Assembly (NCBI GenBank): GCA_965198225.1
Contig: CBDAOY010000008.1
Coordinates: 672,001-736,000, forward strand
Length of the DNA: 64,000 nucleotides
DNA from: Terriglobia bacterium
GTDB taxonomy: Bacteria > Acidobacteriota > Terriglobia > 20CM-2-55-15
Direction of reading: 5' to 3'
The translations under genes and the position numbers were made by a program. Every line of letters starts with the position of its first letter. Within the stretch, counting starts at the first letter, position 1. Positions 62,415 to 64,000 of the stretch are shown here, piece by piece. The notes under the pieces are model-generated. The model ran no database searches and was not told the origin of the DNA. It saw only the letters and a list, made by a program, of their open reading frames with translations.

Positions 62415-62615
62415 TCATATCTCCGGGTAAAAGTCAAAGAACGCATCAACACTCTGAGCAAGCTGATTCTGGATAGTGCTTCGGTCTCCGTGAAGCAGGT
62501 GCATCGTCACGCGGGCGCTCTTGCCGTTTTTCAACTCAACAACCGCGTCCTCGACAGCCTCCAGTTCGTCGGCCGGCAAAAGCCGCAGCCCATAGATCAA
62601 AGCCAGATCGGCCAT
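62415..62615 (-). CDS. Small hypothetical protein
   Basis: GGAG RBS; MADLALIYGLRLLP...VDAFFDFYPEI. Confidence 0.6.
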   Translation of the reverse strand: MADLALIYGLRLLPADELEAVEDAVVELKNGKSARVTMHLLHGDRSTIQNQLAQSVDAFFDFYPEI

Positions 62616-63033
62616 ATCTTCTTCTCCGTTTCTGCAGCCCGCCTCGCCAACGAGGGGCCGTTGAGATTTGCACTCCTTCAAGAGAGCCTAGAGTTTCAAC
62701 TATTGCAAGTTGACGGTCAAGCTGCCTCGACCGTTTACGAAAAGGGCTGGGGAGACCCCGGAACTCAAATGAAGCGAAGAGCTACGATTCGATAGCCGAT
62801 CCAATGGACATGGATGGCCCTGCCGGAACTGACCGATTCTTGAGACTCTGCAGAGGTTTTTCGGTCATGGTAAATTGGGTTCCCGAAAGAGTCGAGAACT
62901 GAGAGGGCACGACTAAGAACGTATCGTGCCAGCGGCACGCGGTTGGACCCCACGGTTGCCATCACGCTCACCCGATTGTGCGCGAGAAAAAGGTTTAGTC
63001 CACGCCGCATCGGGTGACAGGAGATCGGGTTCG

Positions 63034-64000
63034 ATGAATCTCATAGAGAGCCAGCCGCGAGCGACCTCGACTCACGGATTCTGCCTTGCCGTCCTGATAT
63101 TCGCTATGGCCATGGCTCCGACCTCCTATGCTCAGATCAACCTCCAGATCTTTCCGAACGGATCTTCGAATGAAATCAGAGGCAACCGGAACGCCATGAC
63201 CGCCGATTTTACGTCCCTCGGAGCCGGCCTGGTCGTAACGGGATCGCTGTTGGCGAACTCACCGCTGACGACGACGACTCTGACTATCAGCTACCCTGCA
63301 GCCATCACTTCCAATAACGTCGGTCCAATTCCAGCGAGTGATGGTCTCCGCATCGAAGGTAGCACCGGCGTCTTCGCGACGGCCGCGATCACGACTGTTC
63401 AGTTCAGCTCGGGCAGGATCGACCTCAGCTTACCGGGGTTCGGTAGCACGACGAACACTCTTTCCGGTTCGTTCCGGCTGGTGGGGGTCCGTATCGATAC
63501 CACGGGATTGTCCGCGCCGGTGACGGCGACGTTCTCCCTGAACACCTCATCAAACAATTACTTGCTGTCCACCCCGAGCGGCACGGTAATCACGACCCTT
63601 GGCGATGGTATCGGTAGCCTGGCCCTCGGAGCGCGGTCGGGCGCAACCGACTTCGGAACCGCGACTCTGCTGACGAACGCCACCGTCAGTGACAACACCG
63701 CTTCACTTCTGATTACCGAAGGTTTTGCATCGGCGTGGCGGACCAGCTTTCAATCGTCCGGGAGCAACACGTCGCTCGTCAACGGAGTTCAGGCAAAGCT
63801 CACATTCGCCGGTATCCAATCCGGCATGACGTTGACCCTCTCGAACCCGAGCAGCAGCCCCACGCTCACTGGTGTTTCGATCGATGACACCGAGCTCACG
63901 GCATCGAGTGGAGACAATGACAGTACGATTTCGTTCACAGGTACAAGCTTGACGGCGGTCGAAGAAATCCAGATCGACGTGACCGTTTCCCTTGGCCCGG
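63034..64000 (+). CDS. Large Ser/Thr-rich secreted protein, S-layer-like (3' partial)
   Basis: Not in the ORF track (runs off the window); AGGAG RBS, signal peptide ending SYA-Q, open through 64000; beta-rich with LVGVRID and ITEGFASAW. Confidence 0.8.
   Translation, partial: MNLIESQPRATSTHGFCLAVLIFAMAMAPTSYAQINLQIFPNGSSNEIRGNRNAMTADFTSLGAGLVVTGSLLANSPLTTTTLTISYPAAITSNNVGPIPASDGLRIEGSTGVFATAAITTVQFSSGRIDLSLPGFGSTTNTLSGSFRLVGVRIDTTGLSAPVTATFSLNTSSNNYLLSTPSGTVITTLGDGIGSLALGARSGATDFGTATLLTNATVSDNTASLLITEGFASAWRTSFQSSGSNTSLVNGVQAKLTFAGIQSGMTLTLSNPSSSPTLTGVSIDDTELTASSGDNDSTISFTGTSLTAVEEIQIDVTVSLGP

Noticed and set aside
62865-62940. c-di-GMP-I riboswitch
   Set aside because: GGTAAA..GAAA resemblance only; no GACGCAAAG junction and poor P2 pairing

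Overview
GC-rich bacterial chromosomal segment; gene content and style suggest Acidobacteriota (inference, not tested). It is mostly housekeeping and metabolism: purA, trxA, panBC, mqnD, class II RNR nrdJ with tandem NrdR boxes, aspartokinase, modABC with an HTH-TOBE regulator, arfB, udk, etfBA, kbl-tdh, xseB-ispA-tlyA-nadK, a LeuA-family synthase, xdhC, pduO and tRNA-Arg(ACG). The left edge looks like the end of an integrated island: an IS1182 3' end, a FitA/VapC toxin-antitoxin pair, and a promoter-bearing tRNA-Lys(UUU) gene cut just after its anticodon loop. Mobile DNA includes a complete IS3 element, CTAG-targeting MITEs and two REP-like families. The main leads are: (1) a four-helix-bundle gene enclosed by long inverted repeats built from heptamers, with gene-less inverted heptamer arrays elsewhere in the window; (2) a KS-alpha-like ketosynthase + methyltransferase + flavoprotein + glycosyltransferase cluster; (3) the orphan 5' half of tRNA-Lys; (4) two genes bracketed by MITE ends; (5) a candidate ~75-nt sRNA with an anti-Shine-Dalgarno motif. 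Two genes are frameshifted, from either real decay or assembly error. All calls come from motif recognition by eye; no database searches were run.
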